64,000 nt of DNA. Source: an uncultured Planctomycetaceae bacterium. Lineage in GTDB: Bacteria > Planctomycetota > Planctomycetia > Planctomycetales > Planctomycetaceae. A program made the position numbers and the translations under genes. The stretch spans positions 602,585-666,584 of the forward strand of contig CAWFAK010000008.1 of assembly GCA_963813715.1 (NCBI GenBank), written 5' to 3'. Under the pieces are notes generated by a model. The model was not told the DNA's origin, did no database searches, and was given only the letters and a program-made list of their open reading frames with translations. Shown in pieces: positions 10,728 to 23,025 of the stretch; the first letter of the stretch is position 1; each line of letters starts with the position of its first letter.

Positions 10728-12318
10728 TCAAGCCGCCTTGAGCGTGCGTGCGTGGCGAGCCGACTCGATCCACCCCGTGACCACGTCGAGGTCCGGCTGG
10801 TGTCCGCCGCCGCGGATGGCCCGCTGCCCCTCGGAAGTGGAAATGAACAGGTCGACCCGATCAAGCAGCTCGAGCGCTTCGCACTTGGCCAGGTCTTCCG
10901 GCTCGCAGATGCCGCAAGCCACCAGGATCTTCACGTCGAGCACGCGCAGATTCGGCACGCGGCAGGCCAGCCGCGACTGAATCTGCCATTCGCGAACCGT
11001 GTCGGCCTTGATGTGCCCGAGCTTGAGCCGCAGGGCGACGTCTTCCGGGCTGCGGGCCAGGAGCTGCGCCACGGTGCGGACGCCGATCGCCTCGAGCTTT
11101 TGAGCCGTCCGATTGCCGACCGAAGGCGCGTCGGCCAGCGACGACGTCGGATCGAGATGGAACTTCGACAGCCGGGGGACGGGCTTCGATTGACGCGGCG
11201 CGGCTTCCGCCGTGGCGCCGCCCGCGGACTTCTTCGACGCGCCGACGGGCGTTCCCGCCTCGGTGCCATCGGCTTCGATCGCCTCTCGATTCATCTCGAT
11301 CGAGACTACGGGGGCCGTAGCGGCGCTCATCGGTCGCAGGTAGGTTCCGGTGCCATGCTTGGTTCCCACCAGCCGGGGCTTGATCGCATCGAGTGTTTCC
11401 AACGTGGTGCCGAGCACGTCTTCGGCGTGCAGCTTCCGCACGGTCTTTTCGTCTTCCGGCAGGGCCTTGGTGACTTTGCCCGACTTGCGGAATTCCTTGA
11501 AGGCCGCTTTGACGATCCGCCGTTCGCGGGCGCCGGCCCGATTCCGCTGCCAGCGCAGCGCCGGGATACGGAACCAGGCTCGCATGCCGGCCATCGCGAT
11601 GCCGCACTTGGGCGGCGTGACGCCCGAGGCGTCGATGGCCCGCTCGAGAATCCGCGCGATGCCGATTACCGCGTTGCCCAGGCATTCGGCCAAGCTCACC
11701 CGCAACTCATCGTCCAGTCCCGCGGGCGGATTCTTCCAGCCTTTTTGAATGTTGTAGTGATCGATGACGACGTCGTAGTGTTCGTGCGACAGCCGCGCGC
11801 CGTTTTTCACCAGTTCGGCCAACCAGCGGGGTCCGTTGGAGACTTTGATCTCGGGATAGCCGCCCAGGTCACGTTCGAGGATCGCGGTCAGCAGGTCGTA
11901 CGAACGAAAGACGCTGCGATCACAGGCCCGGTGGACGATGCCCGCCTCTTCGGTCTGAGCCGTGTGCAGCGGCATCAGCGGATCGGCGTAATAGTGGCTG
12001 AGCACGCCGGCGGCATACGCGGCTTTGACCCATTGTTTGCCGTGCAGCGCGTCGACGGTGTGACGGTACCAGGTCTCCGCCGCCTCGACCGCCCCGCCCC
12101 AACACTTCTCACGCACGTGGACGACGTGATTGCGAAAATCTTTGAATTTGTCGTCCGGGGCCGTGGCACCAGCGAGCAGCGATTCGCCGTGCTTGAGGAA
12201 CATGCGGCGCCAGGCTTCCGCGTCATCGCGACGCAGGTGCCGCAGGGCGTCCAGAACCAGCTTGTGATGAGTGCTCGTGCAGCGATGCGAGAACAAGAAC
12301 GTTCTGAAGCACTGACAT
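10728..12318 (-). CDS. Zn-dependent phospholipase C/P1-nuclease-like domain fused to a C-terminal DUF4332 (HhH-like) domain
   Basis: THH, GATAPD, NHV, SHYYAD..PLHT; C-terminal PSVGNRTAQKLEAIGVRTV and WQIQSRLACRVPNL. Probable start ATG 12318 with a frameshift at ~12297. Confidence 0.75.
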
Positions 12319-12555
12319 CCGTGTCCTCCGGGGCGCAGAGTCGCCGGCGTCGCCAAACAGCATCCGTTCCGGGCGTCTCCTCAATTTTCGGCCAAAGCGA
12401 CAGAGCGATCTGACTTTCGATGTCGACCGCGGCATAACCAGACCGTGTGTTTGAGTCTCTGCGACCGATAGTGGCCGCGGCCCGATCCGTCGGATAACTT
12501 AGAGAAACGCCTGGAACCCTGCCGCCTTGCCCCCCGCCGTTTGTGGAGACCTTCC

Positions 12556-13880
12556 GTGCTCGCTGGAAATGGGCTCAAGTTCGCGCTCGTGCGGCGCAAT
12601 GTTTCTTGCGTCGCTGGCGCCTCTTCCCGCCCGCGGCGACGCCGTCGATCGCCTCAAGCCCGACTACTTGAAGGCGCTGCACGCGGCGATCGAAGGCCTG
12701 AAGCAGGATCGCCAGGCCATCTCGCTGCCGAGCAAGTTCACCGACTATCGCGGGGCGATGCACGTGCACTCCGGTCTGTCGCACGACAGCCGCAGTCAGC
12801 TCTCCGAAGTGATCGCCGGGGCCAAGAAAGCCGGCATGCGCTTCCTGATGTTTACCGAGCATCCGGTGCCGCATCACGACTACTTCAAGGAGGGACATCA
12901 CGGCCTGGTCGACGGCGTGCTCTTGATTCCCGGGGCCGAGTTGACCGGCTTGCTCGCCTTCCCGATGAGCAGCGTGCCCGAGGGATCGACCGATCCGCAG
13001 GCCGAGGTCGACGCCGTGCTGAAAACTCACGGCCAGATCTTTCTCTGCCACCTCGAAGAGCGGATGGACTGGGACTTGAAGCGGCTCACCGGCAGCGAGA
13101 TCTACAACCTGCACGCCGACTTCAAAGACGAAACCCGCCTCATCAAGTCCATGCGGGGCCTGACCGGCCTCTTGAGCCTGTTGCCGGCGAGCCGCAAGTA
13201 TCCGCAGGAGACGATGGCCAGCCTGATGGACTATCCGGCCGATTACTTGCGCCGCTACGACCAACTGTGTGAAAAGTCGCGACTGACCGGGATCGCCGCC
13301 AACGACGCGCATCACAACAACTCGATCAAGGGCATCATGCTCGACGACGGGCGGCTGCAACTGGTCGACGCATTGGGGACCAAACTGGCCAAGATCGATT
13401 CCAAGGTCGTGGCGGCCCTCAAGCCCTACGTGCCGGACAACCTGCATCCGGGCGAGACAGCGGTGCTCCTCGACCTCGACCCGTACGAGCGGAGTTTCCA
13501 CCACGTTTCCACGCATCTGTTCCTGCCGGAACTCAGCGAGCGAGCCGTCCGCGACGCACTGACGGCGGGGCGGGCGTTCGTCTCGTTCGAGTGGATCGCC
13601 GACCCGACCGGTTTCAACTTCCAGGCCGTGCGCGGCGCCGGACGTTTACGAGATGGGGAGCGAGGTGCCTTTCGCCAAGGGGCTGTCGGTCCGTTCGGTC
13701 TCGCCGCTGCCGGCCCGCTTTCGGCTGATTCGCAACGGCAAAGAGGTCCACAGCGCGCTCGGCCGTTCCTATTCGCATCCGCTCGAATCGCCCGGCAACT
13801 ATCGCTTGGAAGTCTGGCTCAATTTGGGCGAAACGCCCGAGGTTTGGATCCTCTCCAACCCGATCTACGTCCGCGGCTGA
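12556..13880 (+). CDS. Secreted PHP-domain metallohydrolase, CehA/McbA-like (frameshifts ~12590, ~13645)
   Basis: HVHS..SHD, FTEH, GAE and NDAH motifs; C-terminal WILSNPIYV in ORF 13653-13880. Confidence 0.8.
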
Positions 13881-13903
13881 CGTCCGGCTCCCTTAAGGTG
13901 CGC

Positions 13904-16900
13904 ATGATGCGTCAAGTGCTGCAGATTCCCAAAGTCGCGAGCCAGTCTCGCCGAACGCGGGGAATCTGCGCAAGTCGCCGGCCTGACTTGTTGCGACGAG
14001 CGTCTTCCTCGGAGCAGGCCGCTGTCGGGCCGACGTCCCCTCCGGTGCGGCCGTCGAGCTTTTCGAGAAGAAAGTCCGGCCGATCCTGGTCGAAAAATGC
14101 CAGCGCTGCCACGGCAGCGCAGCTGCAAAAAGGCGGGCTGCGGCTCGATTCGCGGGAATCGCTGCTAAAAGGGGGCGAGAGCGGCCCCGTGGTGAACCCG
14201 GGGCATCCGGAAAAAAGCGAGCTGGTCCGCGCGATCAATTACGAGGCCGACGGCTTCCAAATGCCGCCGACAGGCAAGCTCGACGCCGACTCGATCGGCG
14301 CGCTGACTGAATGGATTCGTGAGGGAGCCGCCTGGCCGGCGAGTTCGTCCGGCGGTGGCGGTCCCTCGGCGACGCGAATGGATTTTGCCAAGCGGGCCGA
14401 GCACTGGTCGTTCCAGCCGTTGCGACGCTCAGTCGTGCCGCGGGTGGCCGAAGCGGCCTGGCCGCGCAATCCGGTCGACGCCTTCCTGGCCCAGCGCCAA
14501 CAGGCCGCCGGCTGCGGGCACGCCGACCCCGCGGACCGCCGCACACTCTTGCGCCGGGTCACGTTCGATCTGATCGGCTTGCCGCCGACGATCGACGAGA
14601 TCAACGCGTTCTTGGCCGACGATTCGCCGCGGGCTTATGAAAAGGTCGTCGACCGCTTGCTCGCGTCGCCGCACTACGGCGTCCGCTGGGCCCGGCATTG
14701 GCTCGATCTCGTGCGGTTTGCCGAAACGTACGGACACGAATTCGACTACCCGATTCCGGAAGCGTGGCGGTATCGCGATTATCTCGTCCGCGCGTTTAAC
14801 GACGATCTTCCCTTCAACCAGTTCGTCACGGAGCACATCGCCGGCGACTTGATTCCGCGGCCTCGCCGCAATGTGCGCGACCGCACGAACGAGTCGGTCG
14901 TGGCCACCGCTTTCTGGTGGTTCGGGCAGGCCGTTCATTCGCCCGTCGATTTGCGGGTCGAGGAGTGCAATCAGCTCGACAACCAGGTCGACGTGATGGG
15001 CAAAGCGTTCCTTGGGTTGAGCATCGCGTGTGCCCGTTGCCACGATCACAAGTTCGACCCGATCCGCGCCCGGGACTATTACGCGTTGACCGGGTTCCTC
15101 CGCAGCTCGCGGCAACAGTTCGCGTTTCTGGCCGATCCGCAGCCGGTCACGCAGTTTGCCAATTGGCGGCGGTCGTGCGAACCCCGCTGCACCGAGCTCG
15201 TCGCCCGGCTGCTCAATCCGCAGCGCTGGAGCGACGGTTCGCCGAATGACGAAATTCTGCGTCCCTGGCGGGAGTTGAAGGAATTGGCGTCCGGGCCAGC
15301 CTTCGTCGCCCGGCGACAGCAGCTGGCCGAGGAGTACAAACGAGTCGCACACGCGGCCGCGACGGACGAGCAAAAGAGCGTCGTCTTCGAGGATTTTTCG
15401 TCCGCGTCGTTCGCCGGGTGGCGTTCCTCCGGCAGCGCGTTCGTAAGTCGTCCGACGCGCGCGGGGGACTTCGTGCTGGGCACGTCGATCGAGCAACCCA
15501 TCCTCGAGTTTGCCGCCCCCGGCGCCGCGCACAGCGGGCTGATCGCACCGCGACTGCGGGGCGCCCTCCGCTCGAAGACTTTCACGATCACGAAGCCCTT
15601 CATTCAGTATCACGCCGAGCGGCGGGGCGCGACGGATGCCGCGGCGCGGCCCTACAAAGCGGGCCAGCTCAACGTGATCGTCGACGGCTTTCAGATCATC
15701 CGGGACCCGCTGTGGGGCCAGCTGTCACTCAACGTGGAAAATGACGCCCCCGCCGCCTGGTACACGCAGAACGTCTCCAAGTTGATCGGCAGCCAGGCGT
15801 ATCTGGAAATCGTCGACGAAGACGACGGCTGGATTGCCGTCGATGCGATCCGCTTCTCGGACGATGCGCGTCCGCCCGTCGATCGGCCGAATGACCTGGT
15901 TCTGAGCCTGCTCGACGACCCGGCGATCGACGGCCCCGCCGAAGCTGGCGGATGGTTACTCCAAGATCTTTCGCGAGACGGTCTCGCTCTGGTCGTCGGG
16001 ACAACTGGCGGCCGACCGTTTCGCGAGGTCGCGAGTTGCCTGGCTCAATTCGCTCTGCTCGCACTGCGAACGGCGGACCGTCCGCGCGAGGCGCACGAAC
16101 TGGCCCGCCTGCTCGACGAAATTCGCCGGCGTGAAGCCACGCTTGACCGCTCGCCGCGAGTGCTGGCGCTGGCCGACGGCTCGGGCGAGAACGATCACGT
16201 GCTGATTCGCGGCAATCCCAGAAAGGCCGGCGAGGAAGTGTCGCGGCGATTTCTGGAAGTCTTTCACGGTGCCGAGATGCCCGCCGCGGAAGCGGGCAGC
16301 GGACGTCTGGAGCTGGCCCAATCGCTGACCGGTTCGGCCGCCCCGCTTGTCGCGCGGGTGATCGTCAATCGGCTCTGGCATCATCATTTCGGCCGCGGGC
16401 TCGTGGCCTCGACGGATGACTTCGGCAAGATGGGCGAACCGCCGACGCATCCCGAGCTGCTCGATTACCTGGCTCGCGAGCTGATTCGCAGCGGCTGGTC
16501 GATCAAACGACTGCAGCGGCTGTTGGTCACGTCGGCCGCGTATCGCCTGTCGAGCCACGCAGCCGATCCGCGATCCGACGCCGTCGATCCGGAGAATCGC
16601 CTCGTGCACAAGGCCCGCGTCACGCGGCTGGAAGGCGAGGCCATTCGCGATTCGATCCTCGCCGTTTCCGGCCGTCTCGACGAACGGCTGGAGGGTCCGA
16701 GCGTCCCCGTGCATTTGGATGATTTTATGACGGGCCGCGGCCGCCCGGGAGTTTCCGGGCCGCTCGATGGCGGCGGGCGCCGCAGCATTTATCTCGAAGT
16801 CCGCCGCAACTTTTTGAATCCGATGTTTCTCGCTTTCGATTTCCCGATTCCCGCGACTGCCGCCGGCCGCCGCGCACAGTCCAACGTTCCGGCGCAGGCG

Positions 16901-17187
16901 CTCACCCTGCTCAACGATCCGTTCGTCGCCCAGCAAGCGCGGCTGTGGGCCCGAGGCGTGCTCGCTGGTCGCCTCGACCAGGCCGAGGACGCACGTCTCG
17001 ATCGCCTCTACGAAACGGCCTTCGCACGCCGGCCGACCTCCGCGGAGAGCGCGCTCTCGCCAAGCAGTTTCTGCAGCAATCGAGTCCGAACCGGTCGAGT
17101 TCAATCCCGGAGACGACGGACGAACGGGCGTGGACCGAACTCTGCCACGTGCTGTTGAACGTCAAGGAATTCTTGTACGTGAAGTGA
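13904..17187 (+). CDS. Planctomycete cytochrome c / DUF1549 (PSCyt2) / DUF1553 (PSD1) protein (several frameshifts)
   Basis: CQRCHG (shifted frame), GGLRLDS, HWSFQP, ARHWLD, CARCHDHKFDPI, NRLWHHHFGRG, PTHPELLD, PAQAL..LN; terminal LLNVKEFLYVK in ORF 16945-17187. Confidence 0.9.
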
Positions 17188-17995
17188 TCGCGGCAAAGTG
17201 CGCGTGTGCGTTCCTCGCGTGGTGCCGTTCTCGCGGGCGTCGGTCAAGCTGGCGGACGCGCCAACATCGCCGCTCGGCTGCGCGACAAAGCGATAACCCG
17301 TCCCGCGCACGGACAGAATGTGTCGCGGCTCGGCGGGGTTGCTCTCGATAATGCGTCGCAAGCGCAGCACGAAGTTGTCGATGGTCCGCACGGTGACGTC
17401 GGGATTGTGGTTCCAAACGTCGTCGAGGATGTCCAGCCGCGACAGGACCTTGCCTTCGTGAGTGATGAAATAACGCAAGAGCTGCATTTCCTGCGTCGTC
17501 AGGCTGCTGAACCTTGTCGCCGACGGTCACCTCGAACTTGTCGAAATCGACGTGGACGGAGCCGAAGTCGAACGTCGAGTCGGCCGCGGGCGGCGGCGGA
17601 GCCGGTCGCGGCGGTGCCTGGCCGGTGCGGGCCGTGCGGCTGAGCAGGTTGCGGACGCGGCTCAACAGTTCGGGCAGCTTGAACGGCTTGGTCATGTACT
17701 GGTCGGTGCCCGCGTCGAAGGCCAGCGTGCGGTCTTCGCTCAGCGAACGGGCCGACAGCGTGAGAATGGGGACCAGCTCGTCGATCTGCCGAATGGCGCG
17801 GCACGTTTCGTAGCCGCTCATCCCGGGGAGCATCAGGTCGAGGATCACGACGTCGATCGGCTTGGTCTCGTCGCGGAAATAGTTGAGGGCCGTCGGGCCG
17901 TCGCCCGCGTGGAGAACGTCGTACCCCTCCTGCTCGAAGTTGAATTTCAAACCCAACGCGAGGGGATCCTCATCCTCGACGATCAGGATTCGCAT
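17101..17995 (-). CDS. OmpR/PhoB family response regulator (frameshift ~17505)
   Basis: MRILIVEDE, LDLMLPG, KPF; winged helix RTIDNFV..LR and SVRGTGYRF. Confidence 0.9.
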
Positions 17996-18904
17996 AGCTC
18001 GGCCCTGCCGGGAAGACTCACCTCGAAGATGCTTCCCTTCCCGCTCTCGCGGTTCTGGACGGTGATCGTGCCTTTGAGCATGTGAACCAGCGTGCGGACG
18101 ATGTACAGGCCCAGGCCCGTCCCCTTTTGCGTCCGCTCGAGTTCGCTGCCGCCGCGATAGAACATCTTGAAGATTTTCTTGCGCTGACTGGGCGAAATGC
18201 CCTCGCCGTTGTCGCAAATGCGGGTAACGACACGTCCCCGCGTCCCAACCCGCACGTGCACGTCGACGGCCGGCTCCGTCGCCCCGTACTTGATCGCGTT
18301 GTCGATGAGGTTGCCAAAGATCATCTCGAGCACCATCGGCCGCGCGTGGACGACGACCGGCTCGACGTCGAAATGAAAAACCCGCTCCTCGTCCCGCTTG
18401 TGATGCACGCTGGCCGACTTCGCGCATTGCCGGAGCAGCGGCTCGAGCGGCACGTCGACCGGCTCGTAGCGGTGGCCGATCGCGTCCAGTCGGCCGACTT
18501 CCAGCAGCTGGTTGATCAGGCTGTTGAGCCGGTTGAGCTCCGCCTCCATGACGCCGTAGAACTGCTCGCGCTGCGGCCCTTCGATCTCGCCGCATCTGCA
18601 GCGTTTCCAGGTAGAGCCGCAGGGTGGCGATCGGCGATTTGAGCTCGTGGGTCACGCTGTCGACGAAGTTGGCCTGCCGCTGGTTGAGGCGGATTTCCTT
18701 GACGGCGATCACCATGTAGACGGCGATGCCGCACAGAATCACCGAGAAACCGACCGTGCCGATCGCCAACCCGCCCCACTGCTGCTGCCGAGCCAAGAGG
18801 ATGATCCAGAACACCATCAGGAGGATGTTGAGCGTGACGAGAATGACGGACAGCGTGATCGGCAGGTGCAGCGACCGCTTCTTGCGCAGACGAAATTCCA
18901 CCAT
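17983..18904 (-). CDS. Sensor histidine kinase, two TM helices with a minimal loop (frameshift ~18585)
   Basis: H-box VTHELKSP, N-box NLIDNAIKY, DNGEGI and GTGLGL. Confidence 0.9.
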
Positions 18905-19091
18905 GTCACGCCTCGTTCGCGAGCAAAAGCCCGTCCTGTGCCGGGCCATTTGCAGGATAGCAGAGGCGTTTTTGCTTCGCGACCTCTCGTCAACTTGGGC
19001 GACGCAACTCCTCAAAGGGGGCGAGGCGGCGGCGTTGCGTCCCGGTTCGCTTTGTGCCAGAGTGCAAATTGCCATTTTTTCACGAGCCGTC

Positions 19092-19909
19092 ATGGATTAT
19101 TTGCAGCTAGCGGGCAAGAACATTCTGGTCGCTGGGCCTCGCCAATCGGAAGAGCGTCGCCTGGCACGCGGGGTCGCTCCTGCGCGAAGCGGGGGCCCGC
19201 GTCCTCTGGTCGGTTCGCTCGGAGGAACGTCGCGCCAGCGTGAGCAAGCTGGTCGGTCCGGACGAGCCGCTCTTCGTTTGCGACGTCGAACGGCAAGGCG
19301 AGATCGACCGCCTGCGGCGAGCAAGTGGCGGAAGCCGCGCCGACTTTGCACGGGATCGTCCACTCGCTCGCCTACGCCGACTATTCGTTCGGCCGCCGGC
19401 CCTTCCACCAGGTGCCCCGCGCGGCGTTTCTGCAGGCCGTCGATATTTCCTGTTACTCGTTGATCGCGCTGGCCGAGGCCTTTCGCGAGCGGCTCGATCC
19501 CGCGACCGGCAGCGTGGTGACCGTCTCCATTTCGACCACACGAATGGCGGCGGAGAACTACGGCTACATGGCGCCGGTCAAGGCGGCCCTCGATTCGACC
19601 GTCTGCTTCCTGGCGAAATCGTTCGCCGAATTCTCGCGCGTGCGGTTTAACGCCGTCTGCCCCGGTTTGCTCAAGACGTCGGCCTCGGCGGGGATTCCCA
19701 ACTACGTCGACAGCTATCTGTTCGCCGAACGGGCCACGCTCCGCAAAGAGGCCGTACGCACCGAAGAAGTGGCCGCGGCGATCGCGTTCCTCTTGAGCCC
19801 GCGTTCCTCCGGCATCAACGCCCAAGGGTTGGTGCTCGACGCGGGGATGGGAATCAACTACTTCGACCGCCAGATCGTTCAGCCGCCCGCCGGCAATAAG
19901 TCGAGCTAG
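19092..19909 (+). CDS. fabI: Enoyl-ACP reductase, FabI-type (frameshifts ~19136, ~19320)
   Basis: [32 protein letters not shown] and catalytic YGYMAPVK (YxxMxxxK). Confidence 0.8.
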
Positions 19910-19935
19910 CGCGACCAGCTCCATTCCGGCAGGAC

Positions 19936-21234
19936 TTATTCCGAGGCGCCGGTTTGGGCGAACGCGGCCTCGTCGATCGGCGGGCTCGAGCGCAGGGCCG
20001 ACACCAAAAAGACGCTCAAGGCCATGACGCCTGCGCCGCACCAATAGGGCAATGTGAGCGAGTGTTGCAGCAGCGTCAGCCCTGCGACGGGCCCGAAAAT
20101 CCGCGCAATGGCCGCGATTCCCTGGCCCACTCCCAAAATGCCGCCCTGTTCGGAGGCGTCGCTGCGACGCGACAACAGCGACTGCAGCGAGGGCGTGACC
20201 GCGGCAAACCCGAGCACGCAGACGGGGATCACCGAATACAGAATCGGCAGCGACTCCTGGTGGGCCGCCCAGGCGACTCCCACCAGGCCGACAGCCATCA
20301 GACCTGTGCCGGCCAGGCTCATCCGGTACTCGCCCACTCGCGTCACCAACCGCCGCACGATCACGCCCTGGCTGATTGTCAGGATCGCACCGATATAGGC
20401 GAAGACGAAGAAGTTCGAGCGATCGGGCAGTCCCAACGTCTTGGTGAGCAGCGCCAGCGTCGTCTCGAACTGCGCGAACGCGAACGTCGTGAAGAACATC
20501 GAAGTCAGGATCAGCCCGATCGAGGGGCGCTCGATCGCCACCCGCAGGTTCGAGAGCAAGAACCAACCGCCGCGCGAAGGAGTTGAGCCGGGTCGCAGAG
20601 ACTCGGGCAGCATCGTGATCGCCCAGATCAAGGCGATGCCGGACAGCGCCGAGGCCACGTAGCCGGCGGCCGGGCTGGGAGGCGCGGTCGGGTCGCTGGA
20701 GACGCAGGCCGCACCGATCAGCGGACCAAAGGTGAATCCAATACCGAAGGCGGCGCCGATCAGTGCCATGCCGCGGGCCCGCTGCTGAGGACTGGTCTTG
20801 TCAGCGATGTAAGCCTGGGCCGTCGAAATCGTGGCGCCGGCGATCCCCGCACCGATGCGGGCGATGAAGAGCCAGGTGAGCGGTGCCAGGCCCAGCATTC
20901 GCGACCCCGCTTCGAGCGACGAGGCGATGCCGAAGACCGCGTAGGAGGCGGTCGAGCCGGCCAGGCCCAGGATCAAGATGGGTCGGCGGCCGACGTGGTC
21001 CGAGACGCGGCCCCAGATCGGCGAAAAGATAAACTGCATCGCCGAGAACGAGGCCATCAGCAGGCCGAGCACGGCCCCGTTGGCATGAAAATATTCGCCG
21101 TACCGCGGCAACAGCGGCAGGACGATCGCAAAGCCCAAGAGGTCGATGAAGACCGTGACGAAGACGATGCCCAGGCTGTTGCGGCTATGCCCGTCCGCGG
21201 GTTTTGCGGCTTCCGCGGATTTCGCCTCAACCAT
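19936..21234 (-). CDS. MFS transporter (TetA/DHA1-like)
   Basis: DLLGF..LP, motif A GRVSDHVGRRP, motif C GFTFGPLIG. Confidence 0.9.
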   Translation of the reverse strand: MVEAKSAEAAKPADGHSRNSLGIVFVTVFIDLLGFAIVLPLLPRYGEYFHANGAVLGLLMASFSAMQFIFSPIWGRVSDHVGRRPILILGLAGSTASYAVFGIASSLEAGSRMLGLAPLTWLFIARIGAGIAGATISTAQAYIADKTSPQQRARGMALIGAAFGIGFTFGPLIGAACVSSDPTAPPSPAAGYVASALSGIALIWAITMLPESLRPGSTPSRGGWFLLSNLRVAIERPSIGLILTSMFFTTFAFAQFETTLALLTKTLGLPDRSNFFVFAYIGAILTISQGVIVRRLVTRVGEYRMSLAGTGLMAVGLVGVAWAAHQESLPILYSVIPVCVLGFAAVTPSLQSLLSRRSDASEQGGILGVGQGIAAIARIFGPVAGLTLLQHSLTLPYWCGAGVMALSVFLVSALRSSPPIDEAAFAQTGASE

Positions 21235-21460
21235 GAACAAACCAGTACGCAAGAAGACACAACAAGGGAAAGACGACGAAGACCAAGGCCAGCGTCGTCA
21301 CGGTCGCACGCGTATCGTCAGGCCAGCGGGCCATGGAACAGTCTGGGCATCAGCGAGCAGTCTCTGCGGGCACGCGGTCCCAACAAGCGGGCGGCGTGAT
21401 TGTAACAGACAAAGGGCGGCCCCTCGTCCCGGCACGAGCACCGGGACGAGAAGACTGGCT

Positions 21461-22996
21461 TCAGCCGATCACGTCGTGATCGGTTTCGGGAACGGCCGGC
21501 GAATCGGGATCGAACCATTCCTTCTTGAAGACGACCCGCCTCTTGTGCTTCATCGCCAGGTTGGCCGTCAACGCCATGATGGCGTCTCCCATCGCGACGG
21601 TGCCCGGGCAACGCAGGCCGCCCTCTTGCGGCGACTTGTGGATGTTGTGGCGGACGCAGTAGCAGAAGTGCTCCATCTCCTCGGTGTAGCCGCGGCTCAC
21701 CGATTTGGGACCTTCGGTCGAGGCGTGCCCGCCGGTGTTGGTCTCGTAAGCTTCGAGCACCGGGCCGCTTCCCTTCGCCGAATTGACGACGTAGATCCGC
21801 TGCTCGAGCCCGCCGCCGGCGGAAGTCGGACTTTCCTCCTTGAAGAGAAGGGCGTCTTTCTCCGTCCGCACCATGAGCGTGCCGCGGCTGCCGAAGACCG
21901 TCTCGCCGTAGGGCTCGAGGCGGTTCGTGCTGACCGACGAGTAAGTCACGATGCAGATGTCGTTCGGATCCTGCTCGTAGTGCGGACCGGGGAACTCGAA
22001 CGTCACGTAGATGTGGTCGTCGATCTCCCGATCGTCGTGCTGCTTGTCGACCGAGCCGACCCCTTTGACGCCGTAGAAATTCTTCCCGCCGTAGCCCTGC
22101 ACGGCCAGCGGATGCTTCTTGCCGAGGAAGATGCTGCAGGCGTCCATCTGGTGACTGCCCAGCTCGGCCATCAGCCCCCCGCCCGTGTCATTGAACAGCC
22201 GCCAGTTGATCAGCCGTTCCATCGACTCGAAGCCGTACTCGTTGATGCGGCTCTCGAGCGCTTGCTGATCCGCGGGAGGAATCGGCTTGCGCCAGCTGTC
22301 GCGGCCGGGGAAGCTGTTGTTGCGGTGCCATTGGGCACGGATGAATTTGACGTCGCCCAGCGCGCCGCCCGACACGATGTGATTGGCGTTGTCGTACAGC
22401 ACGCTGTAGTGCCGCTGATGCCCGACTGCCAGCAGCAGGTTCTTCTCGCGGGCCTTCTTGATCATCTGCTTGCACTGGCTGACGTCGTGCGCCATCAGCT
22501 TTTCGGTCAGCACGTGCTTGCCGGCATCCAGGGCCTCAATCGCCAGCGGAGCGTGCCGATTGAGGGGCACGGCGATGACGACCGCCTCAATGTTCTTGTC
22601 GGCGAGCAGCTTGCGATGATCGTCGTAGACCTTGATCTTGCTGGCCCGGTCTTCGCCCAGCTTTTTGACGAGGCCCATGCGGTCTTCGTTGCCGTCGCCG
22701 ACGAAGGCCCGCGCCTGGTTCGAGGGACGAATATCGGCAAGAGCCACGATGTTCATGTACTCGGGCGGGTGTTGAGTGAGGAGGATGTTCCCCTCGTCCC
22801 CCGTGCCGATGAAGCCGACGCGCACCGGCTCGCCTTCGAGCTTTTTGTAGCCGAAGTAGAGCGCGCCCAGTCCGAGGCCGCCCGCCGCGGCGGCTTTCAT
22901 GAAGTCGCGACGCGTCACGTCGCCGTCATTGAGCCCTCCGGAAACCCGGTTGAAGTTCTCCGAGCCGATTTGCACTTGTTCCGGCGTCAATTGCAT
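21461..22996 (-). CDS. Tat-exported Gfo/Idh/MocA oxidoreductase
   Basis: [10 protein letters not shown] plus hydrophobic stretch; GFIGTG, HVLTEK, VGHQR and ELGSHQMD motifs. Confidence 0.9.
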   Translation of the reverse strand: MQLTPEQVQIGSENFNRVSGGLNDGDVTRRDFMKAAAAGGLGLGALYFGYKKLEGEPVRVGFIGTGDEGNILLTQHPPEYMNIVALADIRPSNQARAFVGDGNEDRMGLVKKLGEDRASKIKVYDDHRKLLADKNIEAVVIAVPLNRHAPLAIEALDAGKHVLTEKLMAHDVSQCKQMIKKAREKNLLLAVGHQRHYSVLYDNANHIVSGGALGDVKFIRAQWHRNNSFPGRDSWRKPIPPADQQALESRINEYGFESMERLINWRLFNDTGGGLMAELGSHQMDACSIFLGKKHPLAVQGYGGKNFYGVKGVGSVDKQHDDREIDDHIYVTFEFPGPHYEQDPNDICIVTYSSVSTNRLEPYGETVFGSRGTLMVRTEKDALLFKEESPTSAGGGLEQRIYVVNSAKGSGPVLEAYETNTGGHASTEGPKSVSRGYTEEMEHFCYCVRHNIHKSPQEGGLRCPGTVAMGDAIMALTANLAMKHKRRVVFKKEWFDPDSPAVPETDHDVIG

Positions 22997-23025
22997 AAGC
23001 GCTTCCCCTCGATCCGGCGGTAAAG

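Noticed and set aside
12527..17158. Apparent 1543-aa PHP-PSD1 fusion
   Set aside because: The PHP C-terminus and stop lie in another frame (13653-13880); the fusion is produced by indels.
19040..19080. Sigma54 promoter (TGGCAC) between the kinase and fabI
   Set aside because: No TTGC at the required -12 spacing.
17162..19093. Apparent 643-aa hybrid kinase-receiver
   Set aside because: The HATPase and winged-helix parts lie in other frames; these are two separate frameshifted genes.
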